Shown here piece after piece: positions 17,825 through 25,340 of a DNA stretch of 64,000 nt. The DNA is taken from IMG/VR virus record IMGVR_UViG_3300043411_000610, positions 1 to 64,000 of that record, one strand, 5' to 3'. The position numbers were made by a program, and so were the translations under genes. The notes under the pieces were generated by a model. The model was not told where the DNA came from. It made no database searches and saw only the letters and a list, made by a program, of their open reading frames with translations. How positions within the stretch are numbered: the stretch's first letter is position 1; each line of letters starts with the position of its first letter. Origin of the DNA: a virus.

Positions 17825-18437
17825 ACAACAAGTATTGGCCTTGAATCGGTCATTTTATCCAATTGGCATAAAAAATTGGACTAAGGCAATGGTAGATATT
17901 TTCAGTGGTGCGGCCTATCCGGTTGATGTTTATTATGGAACTAAAGAAGATGGTTCGCCAGATTTGGAAAATATTGAGACCTTTAATGTGGTTAAAGATT
18001 GGAAAGAATGGATTGAATTACCAATCAGACCATATGATGAATATGTTAATACTCCATCCAGAACATTTAGAGTTCCACCTGTGGTAGTATGTTCGGCCTT
18101 TGATCGAATTGTTTTTAAAAATGTTCAGTTTCCCACAAAAGCAAATATCTGGAAAAGAGATAAATATATTTGTCAATTTAGTGGTAAAAAGTTGACCAGA
18201 GAGGAGTTATCGGTGGATCATTTGCTTCCTTCATCTAGGGGTGGTAAAAACACATGGGAAAATTTAGTAACATGTGATCGTGCGCTTAACGTATGGAAAG
18301 CAGACAGAACACCTAAAGAATGTGGTTTGAATCTTATAAATAGACCAACAAAACCCACAAACGGAATGGTATTTGATTTTCTGAGAAAGGAATGGGAAAT
18401 TTTCCTTTATGGTGGAAAATCAGAATTTGGTGAATAG
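17814..18437 (+). CDS. HNH endonuclease (McrA-like)
   Basis: VLALN..P, NIWKRDKY-x-CQ, SVDHLLP-x-SRGG..TWENLVT..N..K. Confidence 0.9.
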   Translation: MMNKQQVLALNRSFYPIGIKNWTKAMVDIFSGAAYPVDVYYGTKEDGSPDLENIETFNVVKDWKEWIELPIRPYDEYVNTPSRTFRVPPVVVCSAFDRIVFKNVQFPTKANIWKRDKYICQFSGKKLTREELSVDHLLPSSRGGKNTWENLVTCDRALNVWKADRTPKECGLNLINRPTKPTNGMVFDFLRKEWEIFLYGGKSEFGE

Positions 18438-18445
18438 TTTATTTT

Positions 18446-18514
18446 GCAACAATAGTTTAATGGAAAACACTACAAGTCGTAGGATTCGGGTAATCAAGCC
18501 CTGATTGTTGCACC
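18446..18514 (+). ncRNA. tRNA-like RNA with shortened anticodon arm (4 bp plus 5-nt loop)
   Basis: GCAACAA/TTGTTGC, GTTT-AATGGA-AAAC, CTAC-AAGTC-GTAG, bulged T arm. Confidence 0.6.
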
Positions 18515-18522
18515 TTTTTAAT

Positions 18523-18595
18523 GGCTTCTTAGCACAATTGGTAATGCACGGAATTTGTAATTCTGAGATTATCGGTTCGAATCCGATAGAAGCCT
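18523..18595 (+). tRNA. tRNA-Thr(TGT)
   Basis: GGCTTCT/AGAAGCC, CGGAA-TTTGTAA-TTCTG, TTCGAAT. Confidence 0.93.
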
Positions 18596-18599
18596 GATT

Positions 18600-18679
18600 T
18601 TTGATAGTATAGAAATATAAGTGTGTTCCGAAAGACTGATGATCTGGCGTTTCGGTAAATTCGCAATCATCCTATCAAA
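18600..18679 (+). ncRNA. Unassigned ~80-nt pseudoknotted RNA directly 3' of tRNA-Thr
   Basis: TTTGATAG/CTATCAAA, CCGAAA/TTTCGG, loop GATGAT pairs with ATCATC. Confidence 0.5.
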
Positions 18680-18690
18680 TTAGTTTTCCA

Positions 18691-18718
18691 TTGACAAAGT
18701 TTGGTGTTGATGTATAAT
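18691..18718 (+). promoter_or_regulatory. Sigma70-like promoter
   Basis: TTGACA-16 nt-TATAAT, 7 nt before ATG 18726. Confidence 0.8.
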
Positions 18719-18725
18719 GGGACAT

Positions 18726-19142
18726 ATGAATGAACAGTTAAAACAGCAATTTTTAGAAGGCCAGATTTCCATTAAATTGGTTTGTGTGGAGGACAAGGAA
18801 TGGATGATTTCTGAGTTTCCAGAGTTGGTTTTGGCAAATAAATCATTTGATAGTTTTTATCCATATGCAACGGTTCAATGTTATGAGACGGGTGAAAAAC
18901 GACTTACCTGTTTTACTGGGCCGAAAAACAAAATATTTTTTGAGTCGGTTGAGGAATTTCAAACAGCAGATTATAATGAGCATAAAACCTTTGATATTGA
19001 AGTTAAAAAGTGTAAATCTGATGGACAGAGTGTGAAGGTCCACAAAAATGATGAATTTGTATATTTTGGAATCTACAGAATAGAGGTCAGGAACTTTAAT
19101 GAGTTTATAAAAGAATTTAATATGTCGGTGGCAGAAAAGTGA
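18726..19142 (+). CDS. Hypothetical protein; 3' end overlaps tRNA-Trp
   Basis: ORF track 18717..19142; start moved because ATG 18717 lies in the -10 box. Confidence 0.65.
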   Translation: MNEQLKQQFLEGQISIKLVCVEDKEWMISEFPELVLANKSFDSFYPYATVQCYETGEKRLTCFTGPKNKIFFESVEEFQTADYNEHKTFDIEVKKCKSDGQSVKVHKNDEFVYFGIYRIEVRNFNEFIKEFNMSVAEK

Positions 19143-19204
19143 TGCAGCAGTCTCCAAAACTGCGACGAAAGTCTAAGTGGGCGCGATACCTACCCGACAT
19201 GCCA
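19122..19204 (+). tRNA. tRNA-Trp(CCA) with extra variable arm
   Basis: ATGTCGG/CCGACAT-G-CCA, GCAGT-CTCCAAA-ACTGC, GAC-GAAA-GTC. Confidence 0.88.
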
Positions 19205-19218
19205 GTTTAGTTAGTTTT

Positions 19219-19290
19219 GCGGTTATCGTATAAAAGTTATTACATCAGATTGTCGATCTGAATATTGGGTTGCAATTACCCATAACCGCG
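19219..19290 (+). tRNA. tRNA-Asp(GTC)
   Basis: GCGGTTA/TAACCGC-G, TCAGA-TTGTCGA-TCTGA. Confidence 0.88.
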
Positions 19291-19300
19291 CATTTTATAT

Positions 19301-19373
19301 TGCCCTTTGGTGTAATTGGTTAGCACCGGAGATTTTGATTCTTCTAGTCCAGATTCGAGTTCTGGGAGGGCAG
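19301..19373 (+). tRNA. tRNA-Gln(TTG)
   Basis: TGCCCTT/GAGGGCA-G, GGAGA-TTTTGAT-TCTTC. Confidence 0.92.
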
Positions 19374-19384
19374 CTTTGATTTAA

Positions 19385-19456
19385 GGCTGTGTGGCAGAGA
19401 GGTTAGTGCATTGGATTGAAATCCCAACAACCCACGTTCGATTCGTGGCACAGCCA
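19385..19456 (+). tRNA. tRNA-Phe(GAA)
   Basis: GGCTGTG/CACAGCC-A, TTGGA-TTGAAAT-CCCAA (one mismatch), TTCGATT. Confidence 0.8.
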
Positions 19457-19467
19457 GTTTTTCTAAT

Positions 19468-19543
19468 GTTCCTGTGGTGTAATGGATTAGCATAAATCGC
19501 TTCTAACGATTCGGAAAAAGTTCAAATCTTTTCAGGAATACCA
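19468..19543 (+). tRNA. tRNA-Arg(TCT)
   Basis: GTTCCTG/CAGGAAT, AATCG-CTTCTAA-CGATT, CCA. Confidence 0.92.
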
Positions 19544-19550
19544 ATTTAAT

Positions 19551-19629
19551 GGATGTGTATAACCTCACGCTACGAACGTGTAGAAAGTTTAATAGATACA
19601 TGCGGGTGCAAGTCCTGTCACATTCACCA
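19551..19629 (+). tRNA. Rearranged tRNA-Arg(ACG): no D arm at the normal position
   Basis: GGATGTG/CACATTC-A-CCA, CACG-CTACGAA-CGTG only 8 nt after acceptor strand, 21-nt segment with D-loop-like GTTTAATAGATA 3' of it, intact T arm. Confidence 0.75.
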
Positions 19630-19639
19630 AATTTTCAAT

Positions 19640-19716
19640 GCCCCTATAGCCGAATTGGTATAGGCATATGATTTAGGATCATAAATTTGCAGATTCGAGT
19701 TCTGCTAGGGGCACCA
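19640..19716 (+). tRNA. tRNA-Leu(TAG) with short variable loop
   Basis: GCCCCTA/TAGGGGC, TATGA-TTTAGGA-TCATA, 5-nt variable loop. Confidence 0.92.
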
Positions 19717-19726
19717 ATTTCAATAT

Positions 19727-19804
19727 GAGTTAGTGGCGGAACGGTATACGCGGTAGTCTCAAGAACTATTTTCAATGAGAGTTCGAATCTCTCCTAACTT
19801 ACCA
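19727..19804 (+). tRNA. tRNA-Leu(CAA) with short variable loop
   Basis: GAGTTAG/CTAACTT, GTAGT-CTCAAGA-ACTAT, 7-nt variable loop. Confidence 0.9.
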
Positions 19805-19812
19805 ATTTAGAT

Positions 19813-19884
19813 GGGTTTTGAAGCATTTTGGTGATGCACTCGCTTGTGGAGCGATATAACTGAGTTCGATTCTCAGTAGAACCC
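19813..19884 (+). tRNA. tRNA-His(GTG) with encoded G-1
   Basis: G-GGTTTTG/TAGAACC-C, TCGC-TTGTGGA-GCGA. Confidence 0.88.
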
Positions 19885-19895
19885 CAGTTTTTAAT

Positions 19896-19971
19896 GTATC
19901 CTTGGGTGAGTGGTTTATTACCTATCGCTGTGACCGACAAAACTTCGGATCGTAACCAAATAAGGGAACCA
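19896..19971 (+). pseudogene. Degenerate second tRNA-His(GTG)
   Basis: TCG-CTGTGAC-CGA anticodon arm, GGT/ACC D stem, mismatched acceptor and T stems. Confidence 0.55.
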
Positions 19972-19981
19972 ATTCAATAAT

Positions 19982-20058
19982 ACACATAGACCGAGCTAGT
20001 GACCGGAACGCACTGCAAATGCGTAAAATGAAGAGTGCGATCCTTATTATGTGTTCCA
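19982..20058 (+). tRNA. tRNA-Cys(GCA)
   Basis: ACACATA/TATGTGT-T-CCA, ACGCA-CTGCAAA-TGCGT; weak T stem. Confidence 0.78.
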
Positions 20059-20065
20059 ATTTAAA

Positions 20066-20150
20066 AGATCATTGAATATCTGGTGATATAACATACTTGG
20101 AAAGTATGTCGCACCCTCAAAGGTGTAGAGTTCGATTCTCTAATGATCTG
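20066..20150 (+). tRNA. tRNA-Ser(GGA)
   Basis: AGATCAT/ATGATCT-G, CATAC-TTGGAAA-GTATG, long variable arm. Confidence 0.87.
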
Positions 20151-20174
20151 CATCAGTTATATAAATATTATTAT

Positions 20175-20268
20175 GGAAGCGATCCGGCCAGATGAGGAGA
20201 TAGTCTTGAAAACTATTAAAACCGTAATCAATCGTGTTTTGTGAGTGCGAGTCTCACCGCTTCCTCCA
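20175..20268 (+). tRNA. tRNA-Ser(TGA)
   Basis: GGAAGCG/CGCTTCC, ATAGT-CTTGAAA-ACTAT, long variable arm, CCA. Confidence 0.9.
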
Positions 20269-20274
20269 TTTTTT

Positions 20275-20361
20275 GGAAGATGAAATTGAAAGGTTTCAAT
20301 GTTGATTTGCTAAATCAAACGAGCGGCCAAACCGTTTGCGTTTCGAATACGCCATCTTCCT
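20275..20361 (+). tRNA. tRNA-Ser(GCT) with 8/4 fold (allo-tRNA/tRNA-Sec-like scaffold)
   Basis: 8-bp GGAAGATG/CATCTTCC, 6-bp D stem with 4-nt loop, TTGAT-TTGCTAA-ATCAA, long arm, 4-bp T stem GCGT/ACGC. Confidence 0.85.
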
Positions 20362-20404
20362 CATTTTTATTGATTATCATACTATCCCTCACTAAATATC
20401 GTGA

Positions 20405-20626
20405 ATGAAAACCCAATCGTTACTTTTATACGGTGAAATTAAAAAAATTTTACCAGATAACCGATTTACTGTCTATTCAAAGCAAATAGAAAGAGAATCA
20501 TTATGTTATCTATCGGGCAAACTTAAACGCGGACCAAAACCCGCAGAAGGGGATGAAGTTAAATTTGAAGTAGATTCTACCAATTATCAATTGGGTAGGA
20601 TCGTTGCGGTTAGAAATTTAAGATGA
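20405..20626 (+). CDS. infA: Translation initiation factor IF-1 homolog
   Basis: 73 aa; G-x-I..LP..RF-x-V, YLSGKLK, GDEV-x-FE..GRIV. Confidence 0.85.
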   Translation: MKTQSLLLYGEIKKILPDNRFTVYSKQIERESLCYLSGKLKRGPKPAEGDEVKFEVDSTNYQLGRIVAVRNLR

Positions 20627-20805
20627 AAACTGACGATAAAACACTGGTTTGTGCATTACGAATACTTGCGACCGATATTCAGTCTGATGACGGAGTTGCA
20701 AATGCATGTATTGAAGAAGCAGCGAACAGGATTGAGGAATTGCTTGTGATAAAAGGATACTACGACGAAGTATCATCATATATTTTAAAGAGCGGTATAT
20801 CTTAA
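20623..20805 (+). CDS. Hypothetical protein
   Basis: ATGA overlap with IF-1; EEAANRIEEL motif common in small phage proteins. Confidence 0.7.
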   Translation: MKTDDKTLVCALRILATDIQSDDGVANACIEEAANRIEELLVIKGYYDEVSSYILKSGIS

Positions 20806-20843
20806 AGAACTTTTTTGTCTGGTGATAAATAATCTTTATCATT

Positions 20844-21509
20844 ATGGCCGGACTACAAGCATCTCTAAAGACAGCAGCACAAATTTTCAAACAACACGAT
20901 TTTTCTAGACAGCACCAGTTGCGCATTCTAGATCTTTTGAATGTTCCTGATTATGTTAGAAACGAAATAATTGACCTAGAAGGACGTGTTTTTTTAACAA
21001 TTTCTTCAGTTCCTCAAAAATCTATTTCTACAATGGAGGTGCCATTCTTAGGCTTTAAGTTTAGGTATCCTAACATGGTAGAATATCCTGGAACATGGCA
21101 AATTACTTTCTCAACTCCAGCAGATTATCTTGTTAGGAATGCTATTGAGCGTTGGATGAATGATACTGTGAATGAGCAGACTCTATGTGGTGTTGGTGTT
21201 CCTTGTGAATCAACTGCAATCGACTTGGCATTGCTCGGTCCTAGTTGTAATGTTGTTCGTGGATATAGATTAATCGGTGTATGGCCATCAGAAATTGGTG
21301 AAGTTGCATATGATCAATCTTCAACCGAACTAACAACCTTTACAGTGACCTTCACATATCAACGATGGGAACCAATCAATATCAATGATACTGCAATAGA
21401 AGAAGGTAATCAAAATCAAATTGATTCTGTATATGAATCATTTGCATCTACTATTGCCGCAGGAGTTGGCACAAGTTGTAATGGTAAGACTGTGGTTCCA
21501 CGAGTTTAA
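20844..21509 (+). CDS. T4 gp19-like tail tube family protein
   Basis: VPFLG..YP..W-x-ITF, ERWM, Y-x-L-x-GVWP..IGEV-x-Y..FTVTFTYQ-x-W. Confidence 0.8.
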   Translation: MAGLQASLKTAAQIFKQHDFSRQHQLRILDLLNVPDYVRNEIIDLEGRVFLTISSVPQKSISTMEVPFLGFKFRYPNMVEYPGTWQITFSTPADYLVRNAIERWMNDTVNEQTLCGVGVPCESTAIDLALLGPSCNVVRGYRLIGVWPSEIGEVAYDQSSTELTTFTVTFTYQRWEPININDTAIEEGNQNQIDSVYESFASTIAAGVGTSCNGKTVVPRV

Positions 21510-21525
21510 TTAAAGTATATAAATG

Positions 21526-21560
21526 AAAATCCCGGTAAGAAAACTTACCGGGATTTTTTT
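21526..21560. terminator. Bidirectional intrinsic terminator
   Basis: AAAATCCCGGTAAG-AAAA-CTTACCGGGATTTTTTT between convergent genes. Confidence 0.9.
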
Positions 21561-21951
21561 ATTCATTGTATTCTTCTAGTTCTTCCCATGTAATGGTATT
21601 AAACATTAGTTGATCTCCGTCATAGTATGAATAATGTAGTCCTTTTTCGTCTATATCTCCCCAATCAGGTTCTTCGTATCTGGAATTAACAACCTCTGTT
21701 ATCCTAGCTTTTTCTTGCGGTGTGCAGAACTCAAACGTTTTTACCATGTGAGCAGTTCGATCATCAATTTCGGCTAAAATAATTTTTTCCTTTCGTTTTT
21801 GTTTAAACTCACGTAGAATTTTGTCAATTTTAGATCCTATAGGGACGAGTTTATCTGCAAAATATTTTTCTAAGATAATTAACTGACGTTTCTTCTCACG
21901 AAGGATCTCATGTGATTCAACCACTAGTTCCTTTAATTCCTTGATGTTCAT
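21559..21951 (-). CDS. Hypothetical protein
   Basis: ORF in tiled minus-strand run. Confidence 0.7.
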   Translation of the reverse strand: MNIKELKELVVESHEILREKKRQLIILEKYFADKLVPIGSKIDKILREFKQKRKEKIILAEIDDRTAHMVKTFEFCTPQEKARITEVVNSRYEEPDWGDIDEKGLHYSYYDGDQLMFNTITWEELEEYNE

Positions 21952-21954
21952 TAG

Positions 21955-22242
21955 TTAATTATCTGATAAATTCATAGTGGACCGCTTACTATTGATTTTA
22001 TCCACAGCATTTTTAAGAGTATGCTTAATCATATATTGTTTTTTGTCCCTTTTTTGTATTGAATCTTTGATAATAGATTTGAACAATTTTGTATCATTAT
22101 ACTGATCAATCGTTATACTAAATGTTAGAGAATTTTCATAACTGTCAACCAAAAAAATTTCTATTTCAGGTATAGATAAATCTGTGCAATACGCAATTCT
22201 GGCCGTCAGATTGTATTTCTTTTTATTATATAGTAATATCAT
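21955..22242 (-). CDS. Hypothetical protein
   Basis: ORF in tiled minus-strand run. Confidence 0.65.
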   Translation of the reverse strand: MILLYNKKKYNLTARIAYCTDLSIPEIEIFLVDSYENSLTFSITIDQYNDTKLFKSIIKDSIQKRDKKQYMIKHTLKNAVDKINSKRSTMNLSDN

Positions 22243-22607
22243 TTAAATGCTAATTCGATTTCTTCTACAATTTTACTTTCACTGTGCGATGTATCTAAAC
22301 TATATTTGAAGGGTATACCGTGATAATGATTTAAATATGATTCTAAATCACCGGAAACCGTATTAACATATTTTAACATACATGAATGTGGAATATCTTC
22401 TTCATCTACTTCCATATTACACAAATTTTCTCCATGGTTGATAAATTTGACCATGTTTAACAAGCTAAACCATCTACATAGTTCGGTTCGGGACATGTCT
22501 TTAGCTTTTTTTGCTTTATAAGGGATGTCAATTACTATTTTTTTATTTTTTTCCTTTTTCATAGGACATGTAATGATACCATCATTATGGTGATTGTCAA
22601 TTAACAA
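22239..22607 (-). CDS. Hypothetical protein (start possibly 22562)
   Basis: ORF in tiled minus-strand run. Confidence 0.65.
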   Translation of the reverse strand: MLIDNHHNDGIITCPMKKEKNKKIVIDIPYKAKKAKDMSRTELCRWFSLLNMVKFINHGENLCNMEVDEEDIPHSCMLKYVNTVSGDLESYLNHYHGIPFKYSLDTSHSESKIVEEIELAFK

Positions 22608-23124
22608 TCGTAATTTTCTTTTCTAATAGATATTCCAAAGGTTTAATCACCACATTTCCAACAAATGGAAAATTAATGTGCAGTCCTTCAGGTAAACCAT
22701 CTTTGGTTAGAAGCTGATAATTAGGTTCTTTGATGTGATTAGCATCCAGAAGAGGAATAATCGAATTCTGAAATTTTGACCCATCTTTATCTACAATATA
22801 GGTTTCAAATATTTTCTTCAGTGCTTGTGCAAATATATTAAGTTTATCACTTTGATCAAACCAGAATTTAAACGGATTGTCTTGTTCTGTAACCACACAT
22901 TCTTGACATTTCCAATGGTTAAGAATACTGTCTTCTGAACCATGGTAGTCAAATTGACGTTGATATTGATCAGGATTTAAAACCCTATCTGTCTTACAGA
23001 ATGCACATTTGATCCATCTGTTTGTTCGGGGTAAAACTTTCTTAGTTCCGTATTTAGGTGGTCTTCCTGCCTTTTTTTCTTTTTCTTTAGAAAAGTCTGG
23101 TAATGTTATTTTGTCTGTTGTCAT
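22597..23124 (-). CDS. Putative zinc-binding, DNA-binding protein
   Basis: KAGRPPK AT-hook-like motif; CAFC and CQEC pairs. Confidence 0.6.
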   Translation of the reverse strand: MTTDKITLPDFSKEKEKKAGRPPKYGTKKVLPRTNRWIKCAFCKTDRVLNPDQYQRQFDYHGSEDSILNHWKCQECVVTEQDNPFKFWFDQSDKLNIFAQALKKIFETYIVDKDGSKFQNSIIPLLDANHIKEPNYQLLTKDGLPEGLHINFPFVGNVVIKPLEYLLEKKITIVN

Positions 23125-23129
23125 GATTG

Positions 23130-23576
23130 TTAGCGGAAAATTTGGTCTTCAGGTCTGGATAGAGGATAATACTGAGGATAATAAGGATATCCATATGGTG
23201 GATTCCATGGAATATGAGGTCTAGGACGATATGGCTCAGCCTTTTCGGCCCTTTCCTTCAAAAATTTTAACCACAACTCATTTTCATTTGATTGACCATT
23301 TTCAGTGGGTTGTGTATTTTCTTGTAAAATATATTTTATATCGGCGTCTCCAATACGATGCCACTTTTTATATTCTGCAAACATTATGTTATAGATATTA
23401 TTACCTGGTTCAATAATAATATCTACAATCTGACCTTGTGCAAATGCACGAGAACCATCAGGATAAACATTGTTTGCATCATAATACAAAATGGTTTGAC
23501 TGATGATTGCATCATGCCAATTAGGTTTATCTTTTTTCCAATCGTTGAACGGTATTTTAGTATATTTTGGTTTCAT
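23130..23576 (-). CDS. Hypothetical protein with Pro/Tyr-rich tail
   Basis: ORF translation. Confidence 0.65.
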   Translation of the reverse strand: MKPKYTKIPFNDWKKDKPNWHDAIISQTILYYDANNVYPDGSRAFAQGQIVDIIIEPGNNIYNIMFAEYKKWHRIGDADIKYILQENTQPTENGQSNENELWLKFLKERAEKAEPYRPRPHIPWNPPYGYPYYPQYYPLSRPEDQIFR

Positions 23577-24001
23577 ATTAATTTTGTTAAAAACCCTATT
23601 AAAATAGGGGTTATTAATTCGTTGTCAACTAATTCTTTTGATCGAACTAATTCTTTAAGTTTTTTCTGTGTCGTATCCAGCACATCTTTAATTTGTTTTG
23701 CATCTAATTCGGGATTAGTCTGGATTGTAGTTTGATACCAAAAATCCAAGAATGTTGATAACAAGTGTATTGGTTCATAGATGTTCTTGGTTGTAGCGAT
23801 TGCTAGCTTAGAATAAGTGAATAATGTTTTGTCCAATCCTTTTAGACATTCACCGTATTCTTCTAATGCAGACACTAATTTCTTAACATCCGCCAGTTTT
23901 TCTTCCGCTAATACTTGGACTGCAATAGATTCAACAGTGTTTTCTGATGCAAATCCTTTGTCTTGAAGATTTTTAAAAATATCAGGTTTAAATTTAGACA
24001 T
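23573..24001 (-). CDS. Hypothetical protein
   Basis: ORF in tiled minus-strand run. Confidence 0.7.
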   Translation of the reverse strand: MSKFKPDIFKNLQDKGFASENTVESIAVQVLAEEKLADVKKLVSALEEYGECLKGLDKTLFTYSKLAIATTKNIYEPIHLLSTFLDFWYQTTIQTNPELDAKQIKDVLDTTQKKLKELVRSKELVDNELITPILIGFLTKLI

Positions 24002-24432
24002 TACAGCACAGCATCATGGATTTTTTTCATTCGTCCCAACACATCCATTTCATCAACTTCAGGTATTCTGGCGACGGTTTTAAATTCTGCAATAATCCGG
24101 TTTTCTTTTCCACAATTAGTGCAAATAAATTCATCATCAACCAAATCTATTTCGACAGGTTGCATAGTCGCACAATGTTGACATGGCAATCTTACCATAT
24201 ACTGTTTATATGGTTTTTGATTATAAATCTCAATTTCATCCTTGAGCATATAATATGCATCAATTTTATCCTTTAATACCCAAAATAGTGCATGAAGGAC
24301 ACATGTGACGATATACCATGCCCACAGTGGCCCACCAATTAGATATGAGAGGGCAAGCGCAAGAACACCAGCAAGTCCAAAGAATCCAATCAGGAATATG
24401 GTAAATAATAATACTTTCTTGGGAAATTTCAT
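24001..24432 (-). CDS. Membrane protein with zinc ribbon
   Basis: Two TM segments then CQHC..CTNC. Confidence 0.7.
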   Translation of the reverse strand: MKFPKKVLLFTIFLIGFFGLAGVLALALSYLIGGPLWAWYIVTCVLHALFWVLKDKIDAYYMLKDEIEIYNQKPYKQYMVRLPCQHCATMQPVEIDLVDDEFICTNCGKENRIIAEFKTVARIPEVDEMDVLGRMKKIHDAVL

Positions 24433-25139
24433 TTCGTTCTATTTAGAACAAAATCTGGGACTTTCAAATTTTTCATCTGATTATAATAATCATCTGTTTT
24501 AATCGAATGAAATTTGATATCACCGTTTTGAATAGACATACCGGTCAATTTATTACCATGACAACCCGCAGTATCAAGTCCGATAGAGTTGAGGTTATTC
24601 TTACTGTTATATTTGATTAGAACATCATTGTGTGTAATATGACCGTATACAACTATTGGATCACCATCATAGAGATTCCACCAATCAGTTTTAGAATCTG
24701 AATTTGCAGGCATTGGCTTGGTCGGATCAAAACGACCATAGATATTACATGACACATTTTCTGCATAGGGATCATTCAAATCAATTCCACCGTGCGTTAA
24801 AATATAATTATCTAGTGGGATTAATAATTTCATTTGTTGGATGAAATTAAGTAGATCCTCAATTTTATATTTCTTACTAAACTCGTGTAGAAAATAGTAG
24901 TAGTGTTTCGGCAACCAATTTCGTCGGCCCTCCAAATAGTCCAACATTTTTTGTTCATGATTACCACGAATACATTTCACATTATACTTTTTGAGTATTT
25001 CATATACTTTTACACCATCAAATGCTCGATCAAAATTATCACCCAATGAATATAGATCAAATGTGCGAAACGGAATTATTAATTTTTCCAATTCCTTCCC
25101 ACAACCATGAACATCAGTGAATATAAATGTATCGGTCAT
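24429..25139 (-). CDS. Metallophosphoesterase (Ser/Thr phosphatase/ApaH-like)
   Basis: DVHG, LGDNFDR, RGNHE, THGG, YGH, LDT motifs. Confidence 0.92.
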   Translation of the reverse strand: MTDTFIFTDVHGCGKELEKLIIPFRTFDLYSLGDNFDRAFDGVKVYEILKKYNVKCIRGNHEQKMLDYLEGRRNWLPKHYYYFLHEFSKKYKIEDLLNFIQQMKLLIPLDNYILTHGGIDLNDPYAENVSCNIYGRFDPTKPMPANSDSKTDWWNLYDGDPIVVYGHITHNDVLIKYNSKNNLNSIGLDTAGCHGNKLTGMSIQNGDIKFHSIKTDDYYNQMKNLKVPDFVLNRTK

Positions 25140-25339
25140 TTAATTAGTTGTTTGATTTCGGCTTGTAATGTTTTAAGTGATTCAGAAAGTCTGGTCGTCA
25201 ATTTTTCTTCTAGATATAACATCCAATTTGCTATAAAGGATGTCATAAAACCTGCACATGCAGGTTTATTCCCTATACTAAATTGATAGACAGACATTAC
25301 GGCCAGTCCAAGGATTACAATTATTTTTACTACATTCAT
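25136..25339 (-). CDS. Small membrane protein
   Basis: Two hydrophobic segments. Confidence 0.6.
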   Translation of the reverse strand: MNVVKIIVILGLAVMSVYQFSIGNKPACAGFMTSFIANWMLYLEEKLTTRLSESLKTLQAEIKQLIK

Positions 25340-25340
25340 A

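Noticed and set aside
18626-18655. Hammerhead ribozyme (CTGATGA and GAAA present)
   Set aside because: Spacing leaves no adequate stems I and III.
14374-20400. CRISPR array, tmRNA or RNase P RNA in the long non-coding region
   Set aside because: No regularly spaced identical repeats or diagnostic motifs; the region is explained by tRNAs and tRNA-like units.
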